A stretch of 20,994 nt of DNA from Coleofasciculus sp. B1-GNL1-01 (GTDB taxonomy: Bacteria; Cyanobacteriota; Cyanobacteriia; Cyanobacteriales; Coleofasciculaceae): the NCBI GenBank assembly GCA_040220235.1, contig JAVJTO010000043.1, one strand, 5' to 3'. The notes beneath the pieces are model-generated. The model worked only from the letters and a program-made list of their open reading frames with translations, ran no database searches and had not been told where the DNA came from. Below are positions 7,400-15,996 of the stretch, one piece after another (position 1 is the stretch's first letter; each line of letters begins with the position of its first letter). The position numbers were made by a program, and so were the translations under genes.

Positions 7400-7975
7400 A
7401 TGTCTCCTACGGCTATCAGGCAACTTTTAGAGCAAGAGCGGTTTGTTGAAGTTCTCTATTTTGGTGCGCTTCAACTTGTGTCCTGTCCTACAGCAGAACT
7501 GCATCTCGACCTGGGTTTAGCATGCTGCGCTGCGATCAAACCAATTGCTCAACTTGAACGAGATTTAGCATCCGAAGATGAGACTAATCAATCGTATTTA
7601 GGACGATTAACCGTTGGTCGTGGTACAAGGCTAGTCAATGAGGGACTGCACCATTTGCTTCAAGCCACTCGTCTAGACCCCCAAATCCGATTTCCGCCCT
7701 CATTGGAGGCAATTACAATCAAGGTTTTGCGGGATCTGGAAGATTATTTAGGGCAAGAATTCAAGGGGTTTTCCGCTTCTGAACTGGATTACTCTCTGCG
7801 TTCAGCCGGATTGGCAGCTTTAGTATTACTGACTCGCTTACAAGGACTCGCTCCCGAACCATCAGGGGTATCATCAGATTTTAGGATTCAAGCCGCCGAT
7901 GAAATTTTAGCAAAGGTATCTTCATCCTCACTCAAACAAGCCAGTTTCTACAACCTAAGTATAGATAATGCTTAA
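7400..7975 (+). CDS. Hypothetical helical Leu-rich protein; candidate immunity/partner protein
   Basis: 191-aa ORF with ATG start and upstream AAGGGG/AAAGAA, directly downstream of the toxin-like gene. No recognisable family; the role is inferred from position only. Confidence 0.6.
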   Translation: MSPTAIRQLLEQERFVEVLYFGALQLVSCPTAELHLDLGLACCAAIKPIAQLERDLASEDETNQSYLGRLTVGRGTRLVNEGLHHLLQATRLDPQIRFPPSLEAITIKVLRDLEDYLGQEFKGFSASELDYSLRSAGLAALVLLTRLQGLAPEPSGVSSDFRIQAADEILAKVSSSSLKQASFYNLSIDNA

Positions 7976-8040
7976 AAGTCAGGTTAACTCAGCAGACTGA
8001 ATCAGCCTGTCCATCAATTCTTAGTTAAGGATGAATCGTT

Positions 8041-8946
8041 ATGGAAGAAATAACTAAATGTGAAATCATTTCTACTCTCAGGGGTCATTCCGATTTTTTA
8101 TACTGTCTTGCTATCAGCCCGGATGGACAAACATTATTCAGTGCCAGTCGAGATAAAACTATCAAAGTTTGGCATCTACAGAGTGGTGAAGAATTACGTA
8201 CTCTTAGGGGCCACGAAAGCTTGGTTTTTGATTTAGTTATCAGCTCAAATGGTCAAATGTTAGTGAGTGGTAGTAGTGATGAAACGATAAAAGTATGGGA
8301 CGTGCATAGGGGTGAAGAAATTATCACGATTAGAGGACATAAAGGACGAGTTAATGCTCTGGCTCTCAGTCCCGATGGACAGACTTTAGTGAGTACCAGT
8401 ATGGATAAGACCATTAAGATTTGGCATCTCAAAACGGGTCAAGAGATTCGCACCTTCAGCCATAACTCTAGCTATGTTCATGATCTTACCATCAGTCCCG
8501 ATGGACAGACGTTAGTCAGTGGAGGCAAAGCCAAAACCATCAAAATTTGGAATTTGCTCACGGGTCAAGAAATTCGTACTCTCATCGGTCATACTAACGA
8601 TATTGATTCTGTTGCGATTAGTCCCGATGGACAAACTCTAGCCAGTGGCGGTTGGGACGAAACCATTAAATTGTGGCATCTCGCCAGTGGTCAAGAAATT
8701 CGTACCATACCTTGTGGATTTTTAGGGACAGTTCACTGTGCTACGTTTAGCCCAGATGGACAAACAATCGCTAGTGGTCATAAAGATGGAACGATTCGAT
8801 TTTGGCAGGTAAAGACAGGTACACAGTTATTTGAGTTAGGGGAGCATTCTGATGGTGTTAATTGCGTGGTGTTCAGTCCTGATGGCAAAAGGTTAGCAAG
8901 TTGTGCATTATGGGATAAGACGATCAAGATATGGAAATTGCAATAA
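8041..8946 (+). CDS. WD40-repeat protein (7 repeats, single beta-propeller)
   Basis: Seven GH..V..LAISPDGQTL.S.S.D.TIK.W units with no additional domain. Confidence 0.95.
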   Translation: MEEITKCEIISTLRGHSDFLYCLAISPDGQTLFSASRDKTIKVWHLQSGEELRTLRGHESLVFDLVISSNGQMLVSGSSDETIKVWDVHRGEEIITIRGHKGRVNALALSPDGQTLVSTSMDKTIKIWHLKTGQEIRTFSHNSSYVHDLTISPDGQTLVSGGKAKTIKIWNLLTGQEIRTLIGHTNDIDSVAISPDGQTLASGGWDETIKLWHLASGQEIRTIPCGFLGTVHCATFSPDGQTIASGHKDGTIRFWQVKTGTQLFELGEHSDGVNCVVFSPDGKRLASCALWDKTIKIWKLQ

Positions 8947-8992
8947 ACTTTAGATTAGCCAACTATACGTGAGTAACAAGAGGTATTATCCC

Positions 8993-9766
8993 ATGGTCAA
9001 TCCCAATCATTTGGCACATCTTAAACAAGGCGCTGTGGCTTGGAATCAGTGGCGACAAGAAAATCATCCAGACATCTTGGGGGATTTTTCTAGGGCTGAT
9101 TTGAGCAACATGGATTTGAGTGGGGTAAATCTGAGTAAGGCGAAATTGAATGATGCCAATCTCAGTGGCGCTAACCTCCGTGGAGCTAACCTGAATCAGG
9201 CTAAATTGTGGAGAGTTAACCTGCGAGAGGCTAACCTCACAGGTGCTACGTTGAGTGAGGCTTACCTTAATGATGTTGACCTGAGTGGTTTAAATTTGAG
9301 TGGAATTGATTTCAGCGAGGCATGGCTAGAAAAGGTGAATCTCCGTGGTGCAGATTTGTCTAATGCAAATTTGACCAATGCAACCCTGAATGGCGCTAAT
9401 CTAGAAAATGCTAATTTAGACGGCGCTAATTTGTTTGGCATAAATCTCTACCAAGCTAATCTGCCAGGTGTCAATTTAGGGGGGCTAAATTTAGAAGAAG
9501 CGGATCTGAGTGAAGCTAACCTACAAGGTGTAACCTTAGAAGGAGCTAACCTAGAATATACCGCTATTGTAGAAACAAACCTACAAGGCGCTAACCTGAA
9601 GGGAGCCAACCTGAAAACGGCGAACCTAACTGATACTAACCTGGAAGATGCTAATCTTGAAGGCGCTAATCTTGAAGATGCTGTTTTATTTGGGGCGTTG
9701 CTCACTAATGCGAATCTCAATAACGCTAACTTGGAAGGCGTTGATTGGACGGGAGAGAGTAGTTGA
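8993..9766 (+). CDS. Pentapeptide-repeat protein
   Basis: Continuous A(N/D)LxG repeats after the typical N-terminal cap HL..LKQG...WNQWR. ATG 8993 has AAGAGG upstream and is preferred to GTG 8969. Confidence 0.93.
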   Translation: MVNPNHLAHLKQGAVAWNQWRQENHPDILGDFSRADLSNMDLSGVNLSKAKLNDANLSGANLRGANLNQAKLWRVNLREANLTGATLSEAYLNDVDLSGLNLSGIDFSEAWLEKVNLRGADLSNANLTNATLNGANLENANLDGANLFGINLYQANLPGVNLGGLNLEEADLSEANLQGVTLEGANLEYTAIVETNLQGANLKGANLKTANLTDTNLEDANLEGANLEDAVLFGALLTNANLNNANLEGVDWTGESS

Positions 9767-9793
9767 CGTTTTCAGGTTCTGATACTAGACAAA

Positions 9794-11713
9794 ATGGTAG
9801 AAAATTACTCATTCCAATGTTTGCACACGTTGCAACAATATGCGGGGCAATCGGTTGTGATCTGTCATGACGAAAAACGTTTTATAAGTGGCGGCGAAGA
9901 TTATACGATTAAAATTGGGAATTTATTGACTAAGCAGGATATTAGCTACCTGAGAGGACATCAAGCACGAGTCACTTGTCTGGCGCTGAGTCCAGATGGG
10001 AAAACTCTAATTAGTGCTGACGATAGTCCTGATTATGTTATTAAAGTCTGGGACTTACAACTGAAACAGGAACGAATCACCCTTGAGCGTTTTCACACCA
10101 ATCGAATTTCTTCTTTGGTGATTAGTCCAGACGGGACAACTCTTTTTAGTAGTGGTTGCGATCGCGAGGTGGGAATGTGGGATTTAACCACGGGTGAGCT
10201 AGTCCATACCTTTTGGCAAGATGACCGTGGTGTTTATTCCCTGGCAATTAGCCCAGATGGGAAATGTTTGGTCTGTGGCAATGGCAAGGGATATATTGAT
10301 GTCTGGGATTTGACGACAAAACAAAAAGTAAAGTCTTTTCAAGGACATACTGAAGATATTCAGGCGTTGGCAATGAGTCCAGATGGGCAGATGCTAATTA
10401 GTGGTAGTGGTGAGTTTGAAGGTCGAGACTTTACTATCAAAGCCTGGGCGATGAAAACTGGGCAAGAACTTTATACCTGTCAGGGACATAGCAATGTGAT
10501 CAAATCCCTGGCAATTAGTGCTGATGGACGGTACTTTGTCAGTGGGAGTGATGATACAACGATTAAGGTGTGGGATGTGCCAACCGGAGAATTAATCCGT
10601 ACCCTGAGAGGACATCGCCATTATGTTAACGCTGTGGCGATTAGTCGCGATCGCGAAACCTTAATCAGCGCCAGTAACGATAAAACCCTGAGACAGTGGA
10701 ATTTAGCCACAGGAGAACTTCTCCATACCTACGGCGGACATTCCAGCTATGTGAATTGTCTGGCGATGCATCCTCACGGTAACGTCTTTGCCAGTGGGAG
10801 TTACGACAATAGCGTCAGAGTTTGGGATCTGCCCACGGGGAATGAACGAGTGATCCTGGCGGGGCGATCGCACTCAGGACTAACCGCGATTATTACCTCA
10901 AACGACGAGATTGTTGACATTATTCCGGCAGAAAATACCCGCAGAAAAACTACAGGACATTCGGATTGGATTGAATGCCTAACATTTAGTCCAGATGGGC
11001 AAATTCTGGTTAGTGGGAGTGCCGATCACAGAATTAATTTGTGGAATTGGCAAACAGGCGCACTCCTGCACACACTTAAAGGTCATTCCGATAGAGTGCT
11101 AGCGGTTGCCGTAAGTCCAGATGGACAAACATTGGTGAGTGGTGCTAATGACAAAACGCTGAAACTGTGGAATTTGTCAACCGGAAAACTGATGCAGACG
11201 ATTCCAGCATCAGCCCCCGTTCATAGCGTTGTGATTACTCCGTTGATTTCAAGGTTAAACCGTTCACTCCTGATTGCTGGTGTTGGTCAAACTATTCATA
11301 TTTGGGATTGGGAAGCCAAGAATCAGCTTCAGACGTTGGTGGGACATGGTTTTGATGTAATAGCTTTGGCACTCACCGCTGAGAATCAAAGGTTAATTAG
11401 TGGTGCTATAGACGGCATCAAACTATGGGATTTGTGCCAAGGGGAGCAAATTTATACGATTAAAAAAAATGCCCATCAACTTGAATCAATGGCTATTCCT
11501 CCTGGGGGACAACCTCTGGTTAGCAGTCATGATGAAGAAGAAAAGACGATCAAGTTATGGAATTTGAAAGCCAGACAACCCCTTCAGACTCTGACTGGAC
11601 ATTCAAGTTTGATTACAAGTTGGATTAGAGGTGTCGCGATTACTCCGGATGGGAAAACGATTATCAGTGGCAGTTGGGATAAAACCATTAAAATTTGGGG
11701 CATAATTCAGTAG
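9794..11713 (+). CDS. WD40-repeat protein (about 14 repeats, probable double beta-propeller)
   Basis: 14 WD40 units counted by eye, with a ~30-aa insertion after repeat 8. No kinase or NACHT domain. Confidence 0.95.
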   Translation: MVENYSFQCLHTLQQYAGQSVVICHDEKRFISGGEDYTIKIGNLLTKQDISYLRGHQARVTCLALSPDGKTLISADDSPDYVIKVWDLQLKQERITLERFHTNRISSLVISPDGTTLFSSGCDREVGMWDLTTGELVHTFWQDDRGVYSLAISPDGKCLVCGNGKGYIDVWDLTTKQKVKSFQGHTEDIQALAMSPDGQMLISGSGEFEGRDFTIKAWAMKTGQELYTCQGHSNVIKSLAISADGRYFVSGSDDTTIKVWDVPTGELIRTLRGHRHYVNAVAISRDRETLISASNDKTLRQWNLATGELLHTYGGHSSYVNCLAMHPHGNVFASGSYDNSVRVWDLPTGNERVILAGRSHSGLTAIITSNDEIVDIIPAENTRRKTTGHSDWIECLTFSPDGQILVSGSADHRINLWNWQTGALLHTLKGHSDRVLAVAVSPDGQTLVSGANDKTLKLWNLSTGKLMQTIPASAPVHSVVITPLISRLNRSLLIAGVGQTIHIWDWEAKNQLQTLVGHGFDVIALALTAENQRLISGAIDGIKLWDLCQGEQIYTIKKNAHQLESMAIPPGGQPLVSSHDEEEKTIKLWNLKARQPLQTLTGHSSLITSWIRGVAITPDGKTIISGSWDKTIKIWGIIQ

Positions 11714-11859
11714 TTTTTCAGTCACGTAACCCAAAAAGTTTTAAAGGATACTGAAATCTAACTTTAACTCCAATTTAGTAAAGTATACTCATTACCCTTC
11801 TACTCTTGTAACCTTTTGCCCCCTTTCCCCTATACAAGAACGATACTACTGAACTTGAT

Positions 11860-12747
11860 ATGAGCTTGGATTATAACCCCCTCTTCCAAGGTGCTGCCCG
11901 TCTTGGACTTCTACTGGGCGCGATCGATTTACCCTGGAACCGCGTCACCCCCTACGTGGAAGCCTTTGCCAGCGAACTCAATGCTTACCAGGAACTATCT
12001 CTAGACAGCACCGCTACGACAGTCGGCTTAATGACCCGTGGAAGTGGCAAAGATTTCGCCTTTCGCATCGCTCGTTATCTGGAAAACCACGGCATTGATG
12101 AGTCAAGACTGCGACGTTTCTTAGTTCGAGCTAAATTCTTAGAGTACCAAAATCTTTTCTTTAAAGTCGAGATAAATTCAGCAGAACTTTTCGAGTTTTC
12201 CTACTATTTTCGTCAGCGTATTTCATTAGAGGTTGTTGGCGCTTGGTTACGGGATACGGGTGTTGATACTGAAGGACTTGCCTACGTTTATGCTTGTGCG
12301 AAAGAACTGCAAAAGCAAACGGTTCATTTCTTAGCAACGGCTGAACGTCCTCAAGGTGAAAGTCTGGAGAAAGTTTATTTTAGTCAACCCCAAGATTTAG
12401 AGGTTTGGGATAGAGCTAAAAATGCCAGTTACCTGGCTGGTTTAACCGAAAACTGTTGGCAACCCCTTGTCCCTTTCCAGACTAGGCTGAGAAATCAACC
12501 TCTCTTTTTGTCGTTGGCATTTTCGGGTGGACAATTTTGTCCTGGAATTAAACTGGATATTCAAGGAGTGACTCCCGATATCGTCGAGACGTTGATGCAG
12601 CAGGCGGGATGTTCCCCGGAGGTATGTAAGGGAACGCAACTGTTGCTCAACCTGTTTGAGAAGCAACAGTTTGACTATTTAGGAGTTCATCTCAACCCAA
12701 ATACTTCTTTTGACACCAAAGTTTACGTTTATCACAGTTGTGATTAG
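11860..12747 (+). CDS. Hypothetical protein, possibly ABBA (PT-barrel) prenyltransferase-like fold
   Basis: 295 aa; periodic paired beta-strands (FFKVEI/FSYYF, HFLAT/EKVYF, FLSLAF/IKLDI, YLGVHL/TKVYVY) separated by helices. The fold call is pattern-based only. Confidence 0.55.
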   Translation: MSLDYNPLFQGAARLGLLLGAIDLPWNRVTPYVEAFASELNAYQELSLDSTATTVGLMTRGSGKDFAFRIARYLENHGIDESRLRRFLVRAKFLEYQNLFFKVEINSAELFEFSYYFRQRISLEVVGAWLRDTGVDTEGLAYVYACAKELQKQTVHFLATAERPQGESLEKVYFSQPQDLEVWDRAKNASYLAGLTENCWQPLVPFQTRLRNQPLFLSLAFSGGQFCPGIKLDIQGVTPDIVETLMQQAGCSPEVCKGTQLLLNLFEKQQFDYLGVHLNPNTSFDTKVYVYHSCD

Positions 12748-12844
12748 TGATTGAGGAAGAAATAATTTGCCTATTTGATCTCAAAATTATTGGGGTATGA
12801 CACTTTGAGGGCGGAATGTGGACTCGAAATCCGTGAAATCAGTG

Positions 12845-15799
12845 TTATTTCGCTTCCATCCAATTTTTACCCTCACTCACATCCACGACTAACGGGACAG
12901 CTAACTCAACGGCTGACTCCATTGTCTCTGGTATTTTTGCTTGCAATTCCTCCCATTCATGCGGCGGAACTTCAAAGACTAATTCATCATGGACTTGCAA
13001 CAATAATCGCGCCTGGTAATTCTGTAACACCTGATGCATTTTGACCATGGCAATTTTGATAATATCCGCACTAGAACCTTGAATCGGAGCATTAGCAGCC
13101 GCTCGGAGTAACCCCGCGTCATATTGACCGATTCCCTTAAATTCATCCAGATTAATCTCTTTCGGATTTTTACCTTTAGCATCGCGCAATCGGTTACTAT
13201 TAAATTCAAAGTAACGGCGACGTCCTAAAATCGTCTCCACATAACCCTTGGCGATCGCGTCCCGTTTCTTCTGCTCCAAATACCCGAAAACTTTGGCATA
13301 GCGTTGCTTTAATCGGTCAATAAATTCCTTTCCTTCCGCCGCCGATACTCCGGCTTCTCTGGCAAATCGCTGGGGTCCCATACCGTAGATCACGCCAAAG
13401 TTAATTGTTTTTCCCAATCGTCGTTCGTCTGGCGTTACGGTTTCTTTTTCAAACAATAATTTAGCAGTTACTGCGTGAACATCCTGATTATTCCGGTAGG
13501 TTTCCACCAGTAAGGGTTCTTGACTCAGATGTGCCAAAATCCGTAACTCAATTTGGGAATAGTCTGCGGATACTAATAACCAACCTGATTCAGGTAAAAA
13601 TGCTTGGCGAATTTGGCGACTAAACGCCGTCCGAATCGGAATATTCTGTAAATTAGGATTCGATGAGGATAGACGTCCTGTGCTGGTTATTGTTTGATTA
13701 AAATCAGTATGTATGCGTTGGGTATCTTTATGAACCAGTTTCGGCAAAGCATCAACATAAGTGGATTTTAATTTAGAGAGGGTGCGGTGTTTGAGAATGG
13801 TATCAATAACCGGATGATCCCCTTGTAGCTTTTCCAATGTGGCATGATCCGTTGAGTAGCCTGTTTTCATTTTGCGCGACTTGCGGCGGTCGAGATTCAG
13901 TTTCTCAAATAGTAATTCACTTAACTGTTTGGGAGATCCTAAATTAAATTCTTCTCCGGCTTGCTTGTAAGCGTTCTGTTCAATATCGGCGAGTTCCTTT
14001 TCGAGAGATTCCGAGAGTTCTTTGAGGTAAGCCGTATCAATACGAATTCCCTGATATTCCATCTGGGCTAACACCGGTTCTAGCGGTTGCTCAACCTCAA
14101 TCAACAGCTTCTCTAGCGCCGGAATTGCTTTCAGTTCTTCCCTGAGTTTAGGAACCAGTTGAAACGTGGCATAGACTTGCATCCCGCAGTATTCTGCCAC
14201 CGTTTTGCTACTCAATGCAGCAATGGTTTTTCCTTTGGGAATCTTTAAATCTTTGTAGCTTTTTAGCTGAATTTGGGGGAAGTAGCGTTCGGTTAAACTA
14301 TTAAGATTATGACTATTGTCGGGATTGAGAACATAACTGGCTAGCATGGTATCCATCACTACTCCTGCTAGTTTAATCCCTTGACTCTGGAAGATTAGGC
14401 GGTCAAACTTTACATTCTGTAGCACTTTGGGATAGCGATCGCGCTCTAAAATAGGACGCAGTGCTTCTAGAACGGTCTGTTTGTCTAAATTCTGACCCTG
14501 GTTATGGGCGATCGGGATATAAGCAACATCTGTTGCTTCAAGTCCCCAACAGCAACCAATACCCACCAATTCGGCGTTCCGTGGCTTCACATCACTGGTT
14601 TCTGTATCCCAAGCCACTGGAGTTTTTATGTTCGTGCAGTTTTCCAGAATATCGACCAGTTGGTCTAATTTATCTTTTGTATCAATAATTCTAGGTTGAA
14701 TTGGACAACTGGCTGCCGCTTGTTTCTGATAGTCTTCTGTTTCATCGGCTGTCCAGAAAGACAGATCAGGACTACTGTCTTCAACCGAGGGTTCTGATTC
14801 TGTCCCTGCATCTTCCGCCACGTTTCCACCAAAACGCTGGTGAATTTCGTCAATTTTCTTTAAGAAAAACTCGAATTCTAGTTTTTGTAAGAAAGGCTTA
14901 AGTACAGAGGTATCAAACCCCTCTAACTTTCCCGCCTTTAATTCCACATCCACAGGTGCATCAAAAGCCAATTGCGCTAAATACTTAGAATGTTCAGCGT
15001 CTTGCTTTCCGGTTTCCAGTTTCGTTTTTACCGCACCTTTAATCTGATCGAGGGATGCATAAATGCCTTCTAGGGAACCAAAATCATTCAGTAACTTAAC
15101 CGCCGTTTTTTCGCCAATTCCCCTCACTCCGGGAATATTATCGGATTTATCGCCACAAAGGGCTTTGTAATCCACTACCTGTTCTGGTGTAATACCCAGT
15201 TTATTTTTTACCCCTTGGGTGCTATATTCTTCCAGTCCAGTGGAACTGCCGCTTTTTAATGCCTTATGGCTGAGATAGAGAACCGTAATTGACTTTTGCG
15301 GATCGATGAGTTGAAACAGGTCGCGATCGCCAGTTAAAATTTTTACCTGATACCCTTCATCAGTCGCCCGATGTGCCAAGGTTGCTAAAACATCATCAGC
15401 CTCATAGCCCGGAACCGCCAATACGGGTAAATTCAACGCCGTCAGCAATGCTTTGAGATTCTGCAAATCTGGGATAAAATCTTCCGGTGTCTCCGGTCTA
15501 TCGGCTTTATAGGTATCATCCGCTTCGTGACGAAATGTTGGCAATTCCAGGTCAAACGCCACCGCCATCGCCTGAGGTTGCTGGGAACTGATCACCTCTA
15601 ATAAGGACTTGAGAAAGCCAAAACACACACTGGTGGGTATTCCACTCTTGGTTCGTAGTCCCCCATCTCGTCCTTTAGCGAAGGCGTAATAGGAACGAAA
15701 CGCGAGAGAATGACCGTCAACCAGAATAAATAGTGGTTTTCCTGCCGTTGTTGAATCGGCAGAGGGAGAGGCGTTAGGCACAGGCATTGATTGAGACAT
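12845..15799 (-). CDS. polA: DNA polymerase I
   Basis: 5'-3' exonuclease motifs (LVDGHSLAFRSYY, YEADD, TGDRD, GDKSDNIPGV.GIGEKTA); 3'-5' exo region (WDTET, NVKFD); polymerase motifs TGRLSS..PNLQNIP, ADYSQIELR, KTINFGVIYG, LQVHDELVFE. Confidence 0.99.
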   Translation of the reverse strand: MSQSMPVPNASPSADSTTAGKPLFILVDGHSLAFRSYYAFAKGRDGGLRTKSGIPTSVCFGFLKSLLEVISSQQPQAMAVAFDLELPTFRHEADDTYKADRPETPEDFIPDLQNLKALLTALNLPVLAVPGYEADDVLATLAHRATDEGYQVKILTGDRDLFQLIDPQKSITVLYLSHKALKSGSSTGLEEYSTQGVKNKLGITPEQVVDYKALCGDKSDNIPGVRGIGEKTAVKLLNDFGSLEGIYASLDQIKGAVKTKLETGKQDAEHSKYLAQLAFDAPVDVELKAGKLEGFDTSVLKPFLQKLEFEFFLKKIDEIHQRFGGNVAEDAGTESEPSVEDSSPDLSFWTADETEDYQKQAAASCPIQPRIIDTKDKLDQLVDILENCTNIKTPVAWDTETSDVKPRNAELVGIGCCWGLEATDVAYIPIAHNQGQNLDKQTVLEALRPILERDRYPKVLQNVKFDRLIFQSQGIKLAGVVMDTMLASYVLNPDNSHNLNSLTERYFPQIQLKSYKDLKIPKGKTIAALSSKTVAEYCGMQVYATFQLVPKLREELKAIPALEKLLIEVEQPLEPVLAQMEYQGIRIDTAYLKELSESLEKELADIEQNAYKQAGEEFNLGSPKQLSELLFEKLNLDRRKSRKMKTGYSTDHATLEKLQGDHPVIDTILKHRTLSKLKSTYVDALPKLVHKDTQRIHTDFNQTITSTGRLSSSNPNLQNIPIRTAFSRQIRQAFLPESGWLLVSADYSQIELRILAHLSQEPLLVETYRNNQDVHAVTAKLLFEKETVTPDERRLGKTINFGVIYGMGPQRFAREAGVSAAEGKEFIDRLKQRYAKVFGYLEQKKRDAIAKGYVETILGRRRYFEFNSNRLRDAKGKNPKEINLDEFKGIGQYDAGLLRAAANAPIQGSSADIIKIAMVKMHQVLQNYQARLLLQVHDELVFEVPPHEWEELQAKIPETMESAVELAVPLVVDVSEGKNWMEAK

Positions 15800-15996
15800 A
15801 GGCTCATTTTAGCTTAATCCACGAGAAGCCCCCTGCCCTTTGAAAGGGGGGAACTGGAGTAAAGGTAAGCGATCGCTCTCTTCCTTACTATATGCTCCCG
15901 ATCAATCCTCAATCCCAGTCTAGTGATATAATCTTCCTCTAAATTCGGTGGGGTCGGATAACCTAATCGATATCACGTTGGCAATTACATTCACAG

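Noticed and set aside
9448..9720. Minus-strand repetitive ORF (RLAPS...)
   Set aside because: Mirror of the pentapeptide repeat codons.
12775..14901. Small ORFs overlapping polA on either strand
   Set aside because: Shadow or out-of-frame ORFs of an intact conserved gene.
15825..15853. Hairpin CCCTTT-G-AAAGGG in the polA/symporter divergent region, faintly like an IS200/IS605 end
   Set aside because: Too short, and there is no tnpA/tnpB or second end.
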